Made by a program: the position numbers and the translations under genes
Notes under the pieces: generated by a model
The model's input: only the letters and a program-made list of their open reading frames with translations
Told to the model about the DNA's origin: nothing
The model's database searches: none
From: Felis catus
Lineage: Eukaryota
DNA: 64,000 nt
Direction: 5' to 3'
NCBI RefSeq assembly: GCF_018350175.1
Contig: NC_058368.1
Coordinates: forward strand, 188,730,001 to 188,794,000
In this document: one piece after another, positions 26,300 to 39,054 of the stretch
Numbering within the stretch: the first letter of the stretch is position 1
Layout of the letters: every line of letters begins with the position of its first letter

Positions 26300-27050
26300 T
26301 GTGGCAGCCATGATTAGAGTTTGCTGCAAGTGAGGGAACATGTGCCCTGCCCCTGCCCCTCCAAAACCAAAATAAAACAGTGGTCTAAAGAAGATAGAAG
26401 TTTATTACTTTTTTTTTAAAGTTTATTTATTTATTTTGAGAGATTGAGAGGGAGAGAGAGATAGAGAGAGAGCTAGAGAGGGGCAGAGAGAGGGAGAGAG
26501 AGAATCCCTAGCAGGCTCTGTGCTGTCAGCACAGAGCCCAATGCAGGGCTCGATCCCATGAACCATGAGATCATGACCTGAGACGAAATCAAGAGTCAGA
26601 CACTCAACTGAGCCACCCAGGTGCCCCAGAAGTTTATTACTTTATATAATTGATGCCTAGAGAGATAAGCAGACCAGGGCTATGACAGAGGCTCTGCTCT
26701 GCAAAGCTCTCAAGCCAGGTTCCTTCTACCACATTCTTCTACCATATGGAGAGTGGTGTCATCCCTACTGTCAAAAATGGAACTGTGGCTGTCCTAGCAG
26801 CATTCCTAGTAGCGGGATGAAGGCAGGCAGAGGTAGGGCAGACCCCCTCTTCTTAATGACACTGGATGTTGCGTACCAAATTCTGCTTGCATCAGATTAG
26901 CCAAAACTTGATCACATGATTAGCTATAAGGCAGTGTGGGAAATATAGTTTTTATTCTGTAAGTAATGTGCTCATATGAATATTGAAGACGTTAACACTT
27001 CAGATGAAGGAGAAAATAATATTTGGGGTCAGCAATAGACTTTGTTCACT
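26300..27050. mobile_element. MLT1 (ERVL-MaLR) solo LTR, MLT1J/K-like, interrupted by SINE
   Basis: ttctgcttgcatcagattagccaaaacttgatcacatg...gggaaatatagtttttattctg is a characteristic MLT1 segment. Confidence 0.65.
26412..26627 (-). mobile_element. Can-SINE
   Basis: 16-bp TSD agaagtttattacttt at 26396-26411 and 26628-26643. Confidence 0.95.
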
Positions 27051-27051
27051 A

Positions 27052-27210
27052 CACTGACCTTGGGTAGGTCCTCTTGATTTATCTGTAAAATGAAAATGAT
27101 GAAGATAGTAGATCCTACCCCCACAGATGCTATGAGGAAGAAATGAGGCTATTTGGAAAGCATTTACCATAGTATCCCATAGCTGGCATCATTCAAGACA
27201 TCATAGCTAT
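27052..27210 (+). mobile_element. MIR fragment
   Basis: tgaccttggg...atctgtaaaatgaaaatgatg...gaggaagaaatgag. Confidence 0.6.
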
Positions 27211-28179
27211 TTTGAATTATAATGTGACTAAGCCTTTTCTTATTTCTGGTAATTTTGTGTATATGGTAACATAGTCACTAGAGAAAGATGCTTGTTTTCT
27301 GCATTTTCTCCTTCATGTTCTATTTTCGCTATTAAACAACCCTTTTGAATCTCTTGGCTACTATGTAGCCTTAGTTCAATATCTATTTACTGTCAGGCTG
27401 GGGTGGTAAGATTTGGTGATCATGACTCCTAAAAGGTTTGGAGAAGAAATCATGAAAGAAAGCATTACGTTGGTTTTCTTTCTCTTTCTCTTGATACTCT
27501 CACAGATGGTCTTGTTTTCTTGTAAAACTTAATTTTACATTGTGGGCTTAGAAAGCTGAGTGTCAGTATAACCATAATTTAAAATAATTTTGGGAGTTAC
27601 AAGGAAGGGATTACTTGTGAAATTTTATATCTGTATCTGTATCTATCCTGGTTGCCACTATATTAGACTGACTTAGAAGGGAGGCATGCCTTTTAAACTG
27701 GAGGCTCTATTTTGGAATACTGAAGACTATCATTGAAATTCAACACCTTTGCTTGGGACGTGTGTGAGCTTGAGATATGTGCATGGGATAGAGAGTGCCA
27801 TACCTTTAATTTGCATCAGATCTTGCCAAGTTATGTAGGAGATAGGGATGCACTGGAAGCTAAGCCAGAATCCTTCAGTGGTACCTCTCCGGATGAATCC
27901 ATCAAGATTCAGGCCACAGTGCATGGCAAGACCCTAGTGGTGTGACCACTCCTCCAACCCCCGAGCCCCTTCCCTCTTTGGCCCAGTACTTTTGGTCCTC
28001 CAGCCAAATTCATACTCCCTATCACTTTGGGTTCTTCGGCAGTTTAATCCCTCTGTGGAGCTCGCCTTCTGTGCCTGTTTATCTTCTCCTCATCCTTCAA
28101 ACCCCACTTTCAGGAAAGTCTCTTGGTTTTTACTCTCTTGCTTTTCTTCAGATCACCCATCTTGGGCTGTAACAATGTG

Positions 28180-28340
28180 CTTCTTAGGTGACAATTTGAT
28201 TTGCGTTTGCCTCCTCTAGTCTGCAAGCTCAGTGAAGGCAGGGAGTATGTCTGCTTTGGCTCTTCACCATGTTCCCTGTGCTTGGCCTCATTGGTGCTCA
28301 ACAAATATTTGCAGAAGAAACGTATTTGAAAATCAATCAA
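28180..28340 (+). mobile_element. L2 3' end
   Basis: ctagtctgcaagctcagtgaaggcagggag...ggtgctcaacaaatatttg. Confidence 0.75.
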
Positions 28341-28393
28341 TTATCTGTAGAGGTCATCCTCTGATAACTTATAAGACTGATCTATAAACAATG

Positions 28394-28421
28394 GTTTGTT
28401 TGTTTGTTTGTTTGTTTGTTT
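28394..28421. repeat. (GTTT)7 microsatellite
   Basis: Direct reading. Confidence 0.9.
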
Positions 28422-31400
28422 AAATCTTATTAGTTGTTTGGTGGGCATCATGGACTCTAGCCAACATGGAAGGTTAATGTTCTTTAAATCACATGTCAGC
28501 ATTTTCTAAGCAAACACTAGAGTAACTGTGGCCTGGCCTGGCCTGGTTAGAGAGATGCCCAGCCAGGAGCTTCTGAATAATACAGCAAGGAAGGCAAAGA
28601 ATAGGATCCCTAAGGTTATGTGGTCCACGTTTAAGAGCAAGATTTATTTTCATTACACTTTTTCCTAACTAAGGCATCTTATCTAGTTAGACAGGCTTCT
28701 TTGGAACCAAATTTTGTTCTTTGTGACATTTGGAATTAATACGAGGAAATACTCTTTGTATTGCCTGGTATTGAAAATGTCAGTAAACAAACTTAACAGT
28801 CAAAGAAGGGGGGGCTTAGTAACAAAAGACATTGTTTCTTGGTGCAGGAGGTAAACAAGAGAGTTTAGAACAAAGGTTTTCTCAAAATAGGCTTTTTAGC
28901 AAACTTTGGAGCCCAGCTCTTGAACCCCACCCGCCTCTATTCTGCTGAAACGGTGATGCTGATGATAATACTTATTATTTTAACCAGCCCCCAAAACTTA
29001 CCAACACAAACATGCTCTTAATGTCTGGGCTGACAGCAGGGCTGGGAAGGTCCTTATAGGATCACAAAACAACTGGGGGGCAGTTGAGGGCTTCCGGCAG
29101 CCAGCTAACAAAAATATACTCTCAGAGGATGCAGCTCAGGGAGGCGTGGGACCCGCACAGCAGTGAGCCTGAAAGCCGGCCTTTCCGTTTTTTATAGAGC
29201 TTCACCCCTCACATCTGGTAGAGCTGTGACAATCAGCATTAGACCATTTTAGAAATCAGATACCCTGGGTACCAGGAAGTTGATTTGCCTTCCACTTCCT
29301 TAAGAAAACACACATTAATATTTAAAATGGGTTTTCATAAAAGAAGGTTGTGTTTGAGATGCGAAATAAAGTCAGGGGGCTGGGAAAACTCCCTCAGATA
29401 CAGTGACCCTGATGAAATTCAAATCAACCTCTAGATTCAAAAAGCAAAAGGTTCACCCTCCTGCAAAGTCCTTGTGGCTTTTGGTATTGACTATTTTATG
29501 GTGTTTGCCTACAGTTTGGAAAGAGCTGGACTTGACGTTGTAACTTCCTTCTCCAGAAACAGAAGTTGGGCATCCATGAAGGTTATTTTCTTAAGTGATT
29601 CCAAGAAGCAGTGTTTATGATTTCCCCTTCAGTATTGTTTCTTTGCCGTTTTTTTCAATTAGAGAGCTGTGTGGCACACGGCATCTCATTACTGGGCTCA
29701 TGGTGGCCCTTGGGCTCGTGATCCAGCCTTCTGCATTTTCCTGTCCCACTTCGGGTCACTGTGCCTGGAGCTGACGTTATGAGATAGTGTCAGAGAAATC
29801 AGTTGCAATAATTCTGCTAGTGCCATCTTGAATAGAGTGTGATTTTGGTGTGTCTCTAAAAGAGTTGTGGAGACAAATACAGTTCTTAAAGGGTGAAAGG
29901 GGTTTTTCCAAAGATCAGTGTAAATGGTTTACTTTAAAAATAAACATTTTAAATCACTTTGATCTTCGCTGTCCAAAAGATGCAAACTAGTCATGCTTCT
30001 GGGGGAGTATTTTCCGGGGTTTTAAACCTAACATAGACCATTTCCTCTTTGCTTGCAGAAGATAAATAATTTTTGGAACAATAGAACACATGAAGAAATG
30101 GTTGTGCAAGTAACAGGCAGGTAGGATATTGAAGGTGTTGTAAGAGCAGAAGTTGATTTTACATTTGCAAATGGAGATTTAGGTAACTTTTCTAGGTAAG
30201 GTTATTTATCTAGATTTGAATCCTGCAAACTGTATTTCCTCTCTCCCTGTCTGTCCATCCACTTACCCACATCCATCTCATCTGCAAGGATATTGTGACT
30301 TTTATTGGTCAAATACCTTATTGAATTTTTTTTTTCATGCTATTCTCTGGCATGCCTTCAGTCTTTTGTTTTAATAGTTATAGTTTATTCGTTTGGGTCA
30401 TATGCTTGTCTGCTCACCAGCCATCATCATTTAAGGATGATTCCAGCATTAACTGAGTATCTGAAAGTACTTGTATTTGGTATTTTGGTACAATGGTTAC
30501 TATTTTGAAGATTGTTTGGATATTAGATTTTGATTAAGTAAAACATAATTGCAATGGGAGTATGTTCTGATATACTTTAAAAACCCAACCACAAATTATT
30601 CAAATGATTTTGGGGTTTCCTACTTGTTTCTTTTGCATGAAAAAGCAAGTGTCAGCTGTACTAATATCACATACTATTTAATCCTTTTTTTTTTTGCTAG
30701 TTTTATATGTGATGTATGAAATGGTTATCTCATAGATGACAGGAAGCTGTCCTCAATAGATCAGCCATCTTTCTCACATTTGTACTATGAATTGTTACTC
30801 TAAAGATTAAGGAGGCAAATGATCATTTTTCAAAGAGGCTTTAAGACCGAGATTGACATAGTAAAGGAAGTCTGATATTTCATTTCAACTGACTTCTAGT
30901 GGCATTTCTTAAACAGTGCTACTTTTTCAATTCCTATAGTCATAGGGAGGGTGGTAAGAGGGATGCTTTCCAAGAAAATGTGGATGGTTCTGTGTGGGCC
31001 TCTTACCACTGTGAAGCAATTAGCTGACAACATGTACTCTGCATTGGACAGACAGAACCACATCCTATGGTGGACACAGGATCAACTGAGTTAGGATCTT
31101 TGAGTTTTAATCTGAGATCTTCTACTAACAAGCTATGTGATGCTAGGCAAGACCTTTAACTTTTTTGGGTGGTGGTTTCCTCATCTATAAACTGAAAAGG
31201 GTTTGACTTGACAGCAAATTAAAAATATAAAGAGAATAGATAAAGGCAAACCTTCTGTAATTAAGGAGAAAATGAGCCTGGGTTATCATTCTACTGGCTA
31301 GGCCTCCCCACTCAGCCATTCAGTGGCCCTCAGACTCCTGGAGTGCCTTGGACCCTGTGTGGAAATCACCTTCTACTGCTGGCCTTGTACATTCCTTAAG

Positions 31401-31671
31401 TGTAAAAGAAATCAGGTTAATTAGAATTTAGACTGATAAAAGCCATTTTGACTTCTTTCAAGTGTCCTTTTGCTGATATTACATGTTATAAAAAACCTGG
31501 AATTTTTGGAAAACTTTAAAAAGGAAGCTAAAGTAATTCATTAGTGTCACTACCCAGAGATATGCATTTGGAATATATTTCCTTTCTTTTTTTTTCTTTT
31601 CCTTTTTTTTTTAAACTTTCTTTCTCATCTATCTCTTTTTTCCTGTTTTTTAACTAAAGTATATGTGTGTA

Positions 31672-32102
31672 GGGGCAACTGAGTGGCTCAGTTGGTTAAG
31701 CATCCGACTTTGGCTCAGGTCATGATCTTATAGTCTGTGAGTTTGAGTCCCGTATCGGGCTCTGTGCTGACATCTCTGTCTATAGCCTGTTTCACATTCT
31801 GTGTCTCCTCTCTCTTTGCCCCTTCCCCACTCACACTCTGTCTCTCTCTCTCTCTCACAAATGAATAAACATTGGGTGCCTGGGTGGCTCAGTCGGTTGA
31901 GTGTCCGACTTTGGCTCAGGTCGTAATCTCGCGGTTTGTGAGTTCGAGCCCTGCGTCGGGTTCTGTGCTGACAGCTCAGAGCCTGCAGCCTGCTTCACAT
32001 TTTGTGTCTCCCTCTCTCTCTGCCCCTCCCCCACTCACACTCTGTCTCTCTCTCCTTCAAAAATAAACATTAAAAAATGAATAAACGTAAAAAAAATTTT
32101 AA
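31672..32102 (+). mobile_element. Can-SINE (outer), tail split by a second SINE
   Basis: Head ggggcaactgagtggctcagttgg; outer TSD aaagtatat(at)gtgtgt at 31656-31670 and from 32103. Confidence 0.88.
31874..32074 (+). mobile_element. Can-SINE (inner, nested)
   Basis: Head gggtgcctgggtggctcagtcgg; TSD aaatgaataaac at 31859-31870 and 32075-32086. Confidence 0.92.
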
Positions 32103-32247
32103 AAAGTATATATGTGTGTGTGTATATATGTTCACACACACACAAGATTCCAGTGATTATCATGTGCCATTAACTGAGGAGAATGGTTAACCACAAACAA
32201 ATAAAACCTGATCATCTGTATATAATACTTTGAATCCTATAACTTCT

Positions 32248-32474
32248 TTTTTTTTTTTTAATTTTTTTTTTCGACATTTATTTATTTTTGGGACAGAGAG
32301 AGACAGAGCATAAACGGGGGAGGGGCAGAGAGAGAGGGAGACACAGAATCGGAAACAGGCTCCAGGCTCTGAGCCATCAGCCCAGAGCCTGACGCGGGGC
32401 TCGAACTCACGGACCGCGAGATCGTGACCTGGCTGAAGTCGGACGCTTAACTGACTGCGCCACCCAGGCGCCCC
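32248..32474 (-). mobile_element. Can-SINE, young SINEC_Fc type
   Basis: CpG-rich near-consensus copy; TSD cctataacttct at 32236-32247 and 32473-32484. Confidence 0.96.
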
Positions 32475-34987
32475 TATAACTTCTAATTAATGTGATGTCA
32501 TGAGAATTTTCCTACATCATCTAGGCACTTTTGGAAAATATTTTAATAGTAATTTAGTATCTTATTGACCATTCTCTCATTATTGGATATTTGGTTATTT
32601 CTAGTTTTCATGGCCATAAATATCAATTTGATGAACACCTTTTACTGCTGCTTTGATTACAGTCTTAGGATAGATTCCTAGACATGGAATTCTTGGACCA
32701 AAAAGTTGACTTCTTATGCTTCTAGTGATCTCATTTTATTTTATTTTTGGTTGGTACTGCTTATTTTAGAAGAAATAAACCCTCTTCATATATGTGGAAA
32801 TCTGATGAGTTTCAGATGGTGAAATAATATTCTGAAAGGTAATGAACATGAAGCAGTTCTTACAGATTACAGAATAAAATGTATCTCCTGTGTCATTATT
32901 AAATGGTTCATTGTCCTTGAATTTTGTGGCAGAGAATTGCTTTCCAATTTGGAGAAAGTGATCTGCAAAATCAATGCTCACATTTGTTGTGTAACTGGGA
33001 TCTATCTGATTGCTAAGGTTTTTCTTTCCTTAACATCTTATGATACTTGCCATTGGTTTAAGCAAACAGAACTTATGTGTTTCCAACTCCCCTCATTTCT
33101 GAACTCCTAATTTTGGAAAAAAAAAGTTGGAACTGTGCATCTTGTTGGGGGAGCATAAATGCATATTTAAGGTATGAATGCTTCTTTCAGGAATTGATCT
33201 GCATTTTGGCTGGCAAACCTCTCAGGTGCATGAAGGGGCCCTGACTACTTGGTCATTCGTGGAGGAGTATATTTTAAAAATGCTTTCTTGACCTTCTCCT
33301 AACTTGGAGACAAGCACATTCCTCACTTTTTCCCAACCAAAGCGAACAAAATTTTCATGTGCGGACAGTGTGTTTTCAGTGGATTAGACCCAAAGCTATG
33401 TTGTTCTAGAGGTCTTAGAACTGCTTATGTAGCGCACAATAAGCTTTGTAGCACAATTTAAATGTTGATTTTAACATATAAACAGTCATCCAAAACTATT
33501 TTGGAAAAGCTGTTTTAGGAGCTAGCTTAAAAGTATATTGGATAATGATTTTCTAAGCATGTTTTTTTTTTATTTTTTTGAATGTCTTTATTTTGTCATA
33601 TAAAGTTTTTCCTTTTACTTGGAGCCCATAATGAAGTTCTGGGTCCATTTTCTCTTTCTCTCTCTGTGCTCTCTCCTTCCTCTTCCAGCTGTTTCTTTTA
33701 TTCATCGGAGACATTAGACGGCATTCTTTATTTTGCCGACAATGACTTATTTATACCTAATTGCCTGGGTTCTGAGATTGTTAGGAAACTGTATTGACAA
33801 TGATAATTTTCAGTTGTGTCACAATGAGGGTACATGAATTAACACAGATCCCAATCAAAACATGGCAAGTGAGAAACAAAGCCCCCACCAATGGCACGTT
33901 TCTGACACTGCTTTTGTTAACTGTTGCATTAATAGGAAGGTGACATTCTTTTGAGAAGTAAAGCATATGTAAATAGGAAGAGTTTTTAAAAATAGAATTC
34001 TGCGAGTCAGACTCATTTCTACAGCTTTATAAGGCAGAGAACAAGTTAGGCAGAAACCTTCTCTTAATAGAGAATAGAAAATTGGAGTTGTTTTCCTACT
34101 TCCTTTAGGAGCCAAACTTTCTTATGTGTTGGGCATAGTTGGCTGTGTGTCTGACAAATGGATTCAGTGTTTGAATTTCCTCACCAGTGAGAACCCAAGA
34201 GAGGCCTTTTTAGGCATGACTACGACTGTTTGTATGAGTTTGTGAAATTGCAAACCTAACTTTTAGGCAGCATTAAAAGTAGTGTTTACCTGAAATGGAG
34301 TCCTTGGCTGCTTTGTGATTTGGTGATTGTGGCTCTTGGTGTACTTACTCTTCTCTCTCTCTGATTCTCTAAGAATCAAAGTGCTGCACTCACTAATGAC
34401 TGAATTGGTTGGTTCCACTCATATGCCCCATACAGCCTCTTTGCCTTCCAGCCTTTTCCAAGTTAATCTATTGTAAAATTAGATTGTAAAAATGGACACA
34501 GTTGCCACCACGCTGGGACAATGGTGAAGGACGTACAGTGTCAGCCCTACTAAACCCCCCAGTGCAATTCATTACACAATTCATCTGTGGTGTCACGGAG
34601 CTTCCTGAGGAGCTTGGTTTCCTTTTCAGCCCGAGTTATCTCTTGGAAGTGTGACCCTTCTGGTTTGATTGCCCTGAGAATGCACACTGTTTTCTCTTGA
34701 TGGTGAAACCCCCTCTCTCAAGGTCTGCATCTTAAATGGCAGAGATGCAAAAACAGCTCTCTAGACAGTGTTTCTAATTCAATTCTCCTTTAAACAATCA
34801 TGCATAAACTGAGTAATGCATCCAGTGAAGAAGAGAGGAAGAGAGGGGTCAGGAGGTATGGGTTCCAGTAAAACTTAAATAGCCACTGTGCTTGCAATGC
34901 TAAGCCGTGAATGCCATCTGTAACTGTTAACACAGAGGACAAGTCAATTAGATGAACTGATTTTTCATGGTTTTGGGGATTATAATT

Positions 34988-35160
34988 CAGGGATTCTTAA
35001 CCTATGGGCAATTCAAGACTATATTTCGGGGGGCAAGGAGCAGTGAAACTTTTACAATGGATGGAACATTTTTTACTAAGTAACAGACATTTTCCTAAGG
35101 AGAGACTTTTATTAAATTCTCACAAGGGTCTACAGCCCATAAAAGGCTGAGGAACAACTG
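34988..35160 (+). mobile_element. Charlie4z-like hAT MITE
   Basis: cagggattcttaacct ... attctcacaagggtctacagcccataaaaggctgaggaacaactg termini. Confidence 0.55.
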
Positions 35161-36344
35161 CATTTTAGCTTCATAATTTTTTAATGTTTTATTTTGAAAG
35201 TTGATGTTCTGTTTCCTTTTATGCAGAAGAGACAAAAGCACGCACAACTCTGATATTCCTTGATCTTTAATTTCTTCTCTGTCTTGGATGTGCCATAATA
35301 AATGTACAGGAAAGAAATATAAAACACTATCCAAACTCAGTTAATAGCTCTGAGAAATGCACATTTAGAGTGCTTTAAAATCAGGTTACAAATATAATTT
35401 TCAATTTGCTGGGGAGAAAATAGGAAGGAAGAGTCCTTTGGAATACAGAATAAATCCATTCTATGTACATTATCGGTGTTGGCTCATTATATTCCTCATT
35501 GGCCTACAACTCAACACGTCTTTAAGAACCAGAAAGTGCACACACTGTCCCAATTGTTAATATTTAGGAGAAGGCCACAAACATTGGGAAGTACTGTGAG
35601 TTGGATTCTTGAAGTCAGAGAGATAGTGGGTGAAGTTTCACTCTCTGGCATCATAAAATTCTAAAGGTGAGCATTATCAGTTAGGGACACTTATGAGATT
35701 TGACTGAAAATGTACTGCTTTGTAGTTTACCTCCTCCTCTGGAGGGTATTCTGGATGAATGTCAAGGCCTGGCCCTGATAAATTCCAAAAAAGTTCATCC
35801 ATCTTAATTTACTGTGAAGCTATGGGAGCCCTTGTATTGTAGTCTCTGGGTCCCTGTGACATGCAAAGCCTGGAGTTTGTAGGAGTGTACTTTTTCTTCT
35901 TTAAAATTTCTCATTCCCCACAACTGATTTTCATTATTCTCTGACATGCTGGAAGTATTGCTGTGACTACTTAAGAAGTACGGGCAGATATATTGCTGAT
36001 TGGCTACTTATGGAAGAGTTTACACTGTGTTGGGTTTGGCTGTTGATTTTAAGCAGTTTTACTGCTTCCCCCTCAAACTTCTCAGGACCCTTAGAGCCTT
36101 CCCACATCCTGGGAAGTCCAGGGTCCCATCAACTGAAGCCATTGAGATAACATGACACACAGGGGATCTGGAGAATCCCAAAGCACTTGGTTGCTAGTAG
36201 GGAAACCCTGCATTTATTATATGACCAGCTACACAGTTGCAAAATGAAGTATGGCAACAGCTACCTTTCCACTGAGTGACTTTGATAGGCTTTGATGATT
36301 CGTTTATTTGCTTTTCTGGTTTGTCACCTTATAGCAAAGTAATG

Positions 36345-36545
36345 GTGTATGGGAAGACCCAAATTTTGGTCCCAGCTCTTGTAGTCATGGCTGTTGAGAC
36401 TCAAGACAGTTTTTTTTAACCTCTCTGGACTTTCTTTTTCTCATCTGTAAAATGAACAAAATATCTGCTCTGCTGACTTAATGTGGTTAGGGTAAGAAGG
36501 AAATGAGAAATCAAATGGATATCAGTTCAAGAAGCATTTTAAAGC
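36345..36545 (+). mobile_element. MIR
   Basis: ttaacctctctggac...ctcatctgtaaaatg core. Confidence 0.7.
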
Positions 36546-36627
36546 CAAGTGCAGATTGCTCTTTTCCTTAATACAAACCCTCCCAACATTTCAGACTTGC
36601 TCAGAAGTCACACATTTTCATGCTCAC

Positions 36628-36840
36628 GATTCTGGCTCTGAAGTCAGAAAGAGTTGGGTGAGCATTCTGCTAGTACCACTTGCCCACATGTGACCTTGAA
36701 TAAGTCACTTACATAATCTGAGTCCTGTCTTCCTCATCTTTAAAATGGGAGTAATGATAGCTAAGACCTAACAGTTGGAGCATGGATTGAATGAGATAAC
36801 TGTGCCTGGCATAGTCAGTGCTCACTGTCAGCTGCTGTTA
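36628..36840 (+). mobile_element. MIR
   Basis: ggctctgaagtcaga...tgtgaccttgaataagtcactt...cctcatctttaaaatggg...gtgcctggcatag. Confidence 0.85.
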
Positions 36841-38346
36841 AGAGTTCAAGTCCCTTTACCTACATTATTAAAAGTTAGAACATCCTGAAAACAGAGCCCT
36901 GCATATGTACTCTAAGAGGCAAGCTGTCATTTTCAGAAGAAATCATCCAGGGTCTTCTGGTTAGTCTTCAATAATCACCTTCTATTACAATCAGATTACA
37001 ATCTTCAAGTGGTGGCAGAGTGCCAGCTTTTCCCACAGTTCTCAGTTTCCCGTGCCTTCCAGTGGTATTCAAAATACTTCACAATTCAACTCAAGAAACT
37101 TAGCACATCTTCAGAATAAATTATTATTGTCATTAGCACATTACCACCCAAGAAAATCTGCACAGGAACAGAATGCCCAGAGTGAAATGCTGTATGTTCA
37201 TCAACTTGTGAGCACCATATGGACAAGGATGTTTTTGTTTCGGTTTTTGCTTTTTGTACACCAAAGCTAAAAGCAAGACACGCCCGATGGTGTTTGTTGA
37301 TCTTGTGACTATCGGAGTTAGCAAAGACCCAGTTAGGACAGTTCAAACAGGCAGAAAGATAAGGATGCCAGTGCAGAGGAAAGTCACAGAGGCAATGCCT
37401 TCTGATAAAAGGACAAATGTGACCAAGAGGTAACCACTTTACCTTTCTTCAGCTCATATATGTAAATGTGCCTGGCAATGAAAACATTGCTAAGTTGCAT
37501 TGTAAGTAAGTAAATAGAAAGGAGAATCTATTTTGGTTATTTCCATAAAACTTCCTTTTGATGTGGACTGACGTTAGTCAACTTTCCTATCCAGCCATAA
37601 ATCAGTCTGCTAACTACCCATCCACTCCATTGCTTTCTTTCCTTGTGATTCTTGTTACGTGCAGCGTAGCACATGACAGATCATTTTTACTTTACAGGTT
37701 TCCAAAGGTGATAATTTCTTGCATTTTACATGACTATGCATATTAAAGATGAAATATTGCTTTAAAGTGAGTACAATTTCAGGTGCCAAAATTGCTTCAT
37801 CCTTTTGAACAGCATTCTTTCCTCCTTTTTTTTCTCTCTATTTCTCTAAAATATTTCAGCCCTGAACCCAACCTAAAATTTCTTCTATTAAAGGGTATGT
37901 TCATTATGTATTTTGAGATGAATGTGCTATGGATCCTTAAACCTAAGCCTGGAAAATAGGAAATAATTCACTCTGGCTTGAAAAGGGTGGGGATTTCTTT
38001 GTTTCTTTTTATATTTATTCAGGAAAAGCTGACAATCGTCCTACATTAATGAACTACACCATCAATCACAGTGTTGACAATGAGCGGAAAAGCGAGGTAT
38101 ATGTCAGGCTGACGGCATATTGCCTTTTTCAGTGAGGGCATGGCTGTTTATAGCACTCTCGTTGGCAAAATTCTTTTTGCACTGGAACAAGAATAGAAAG
38201 AAGAATTAGAAAGGCAGCCAGTGGAAAGAGCTTTATGTTTTCAAATTATGGAAAAAAGTAATAGGGGAAAATAGAGAAATGATTATTTTTGTAGTTTATG
38301 TACCTGTCCCACAGGACTTAAAGAATAAATGGAAAATGAGGAAAAG

Positions 38347-38350
<4 letters not shown>

Positions 38351-38384
<34 letters not shown>

Positions 38385-38390
38385 TGTGTG
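38351..38390. repeat. (TG)n microsatellite
   Basis: Direct reading. Confidence 0.95.
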
Positions 38391-38543
38391 TCTTGCCTCA
38401 TTCTACAGGGCTAATTGTCTTTCTCTAAGACCATGGCAAAAAGTCTCAAAGATCACATATGTCAATTGCATTTGAACCCCAAGACTATCAAAAAAGTGGA
38501 TTAGAGGTGATTGGTTTACTCTACTGTGAGCATCCACCTTGGG

Positions 38544-38545
<2 letters not shown>

Positions 38546-38583
<38 letters not shown>
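38546..38583. repeat. (AC)n microsatellite
   Basis: Direct reading. Confidence 0.95.
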
Positions 38584-38586
<3 letters not shown>

Positions 38587-38824
38587 AGTGATTCATAATG
38601 GAGATAACTTAGGTGGCCTCAGGAAGTGATAGAGTTTTCTCCCTTTCTTGGCTTTTATTCTCCTTTAGTACCAGTTGGTAGGAAGAGCATGGCCTGGTAG
38701 TATTGAGAGATCACCCTCATCTCTCTTTTGGGGGCAGTTTCTGCTCTCCTTCAAAATCCAAATAGCTCTCACAACTGTCAACTTAATTAGTTGGCCAACA
38801 AGGACAAGATGAAGGTGATATCAG

Positions 38825-39054
38825 TGGCTAGTAATTTTGAAGAATTTATTGTGTGTTAAGGACAGTGTAGCCATGTACTTCATGGGATTCTCATAATAGC
38901 CCGTGAGATGGGGAAATATCTTTACTTTTACAGATAAGGAAACTGAGGTTCAGAGAAACGAAATGACTTGTGCAAGGGGTCACATAGTCAATGAGTGGCT
39001 GTATTATAATTTGTGGGTTTCTCTTAACTACAGATTCCAGTGTTTTCAATGCTA
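38825..39054 (-). mobile_element. MIR
   Basis: ttttacagataaggaaactgaggttcagagaaacgaaatgacttg core. Confidence 0.85.

Larger units (their letters stand above)
31470..32740 (-). mobile_element. Ancient L1ME/L1MC-like remnant hosting three SINEs
   Basis: cattagtgtcactacccagaga and ccattctctcattattggatatttggttatttctag...ttaggatagattcctaga are typical old L1 motifs. Confidence 0.55.
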
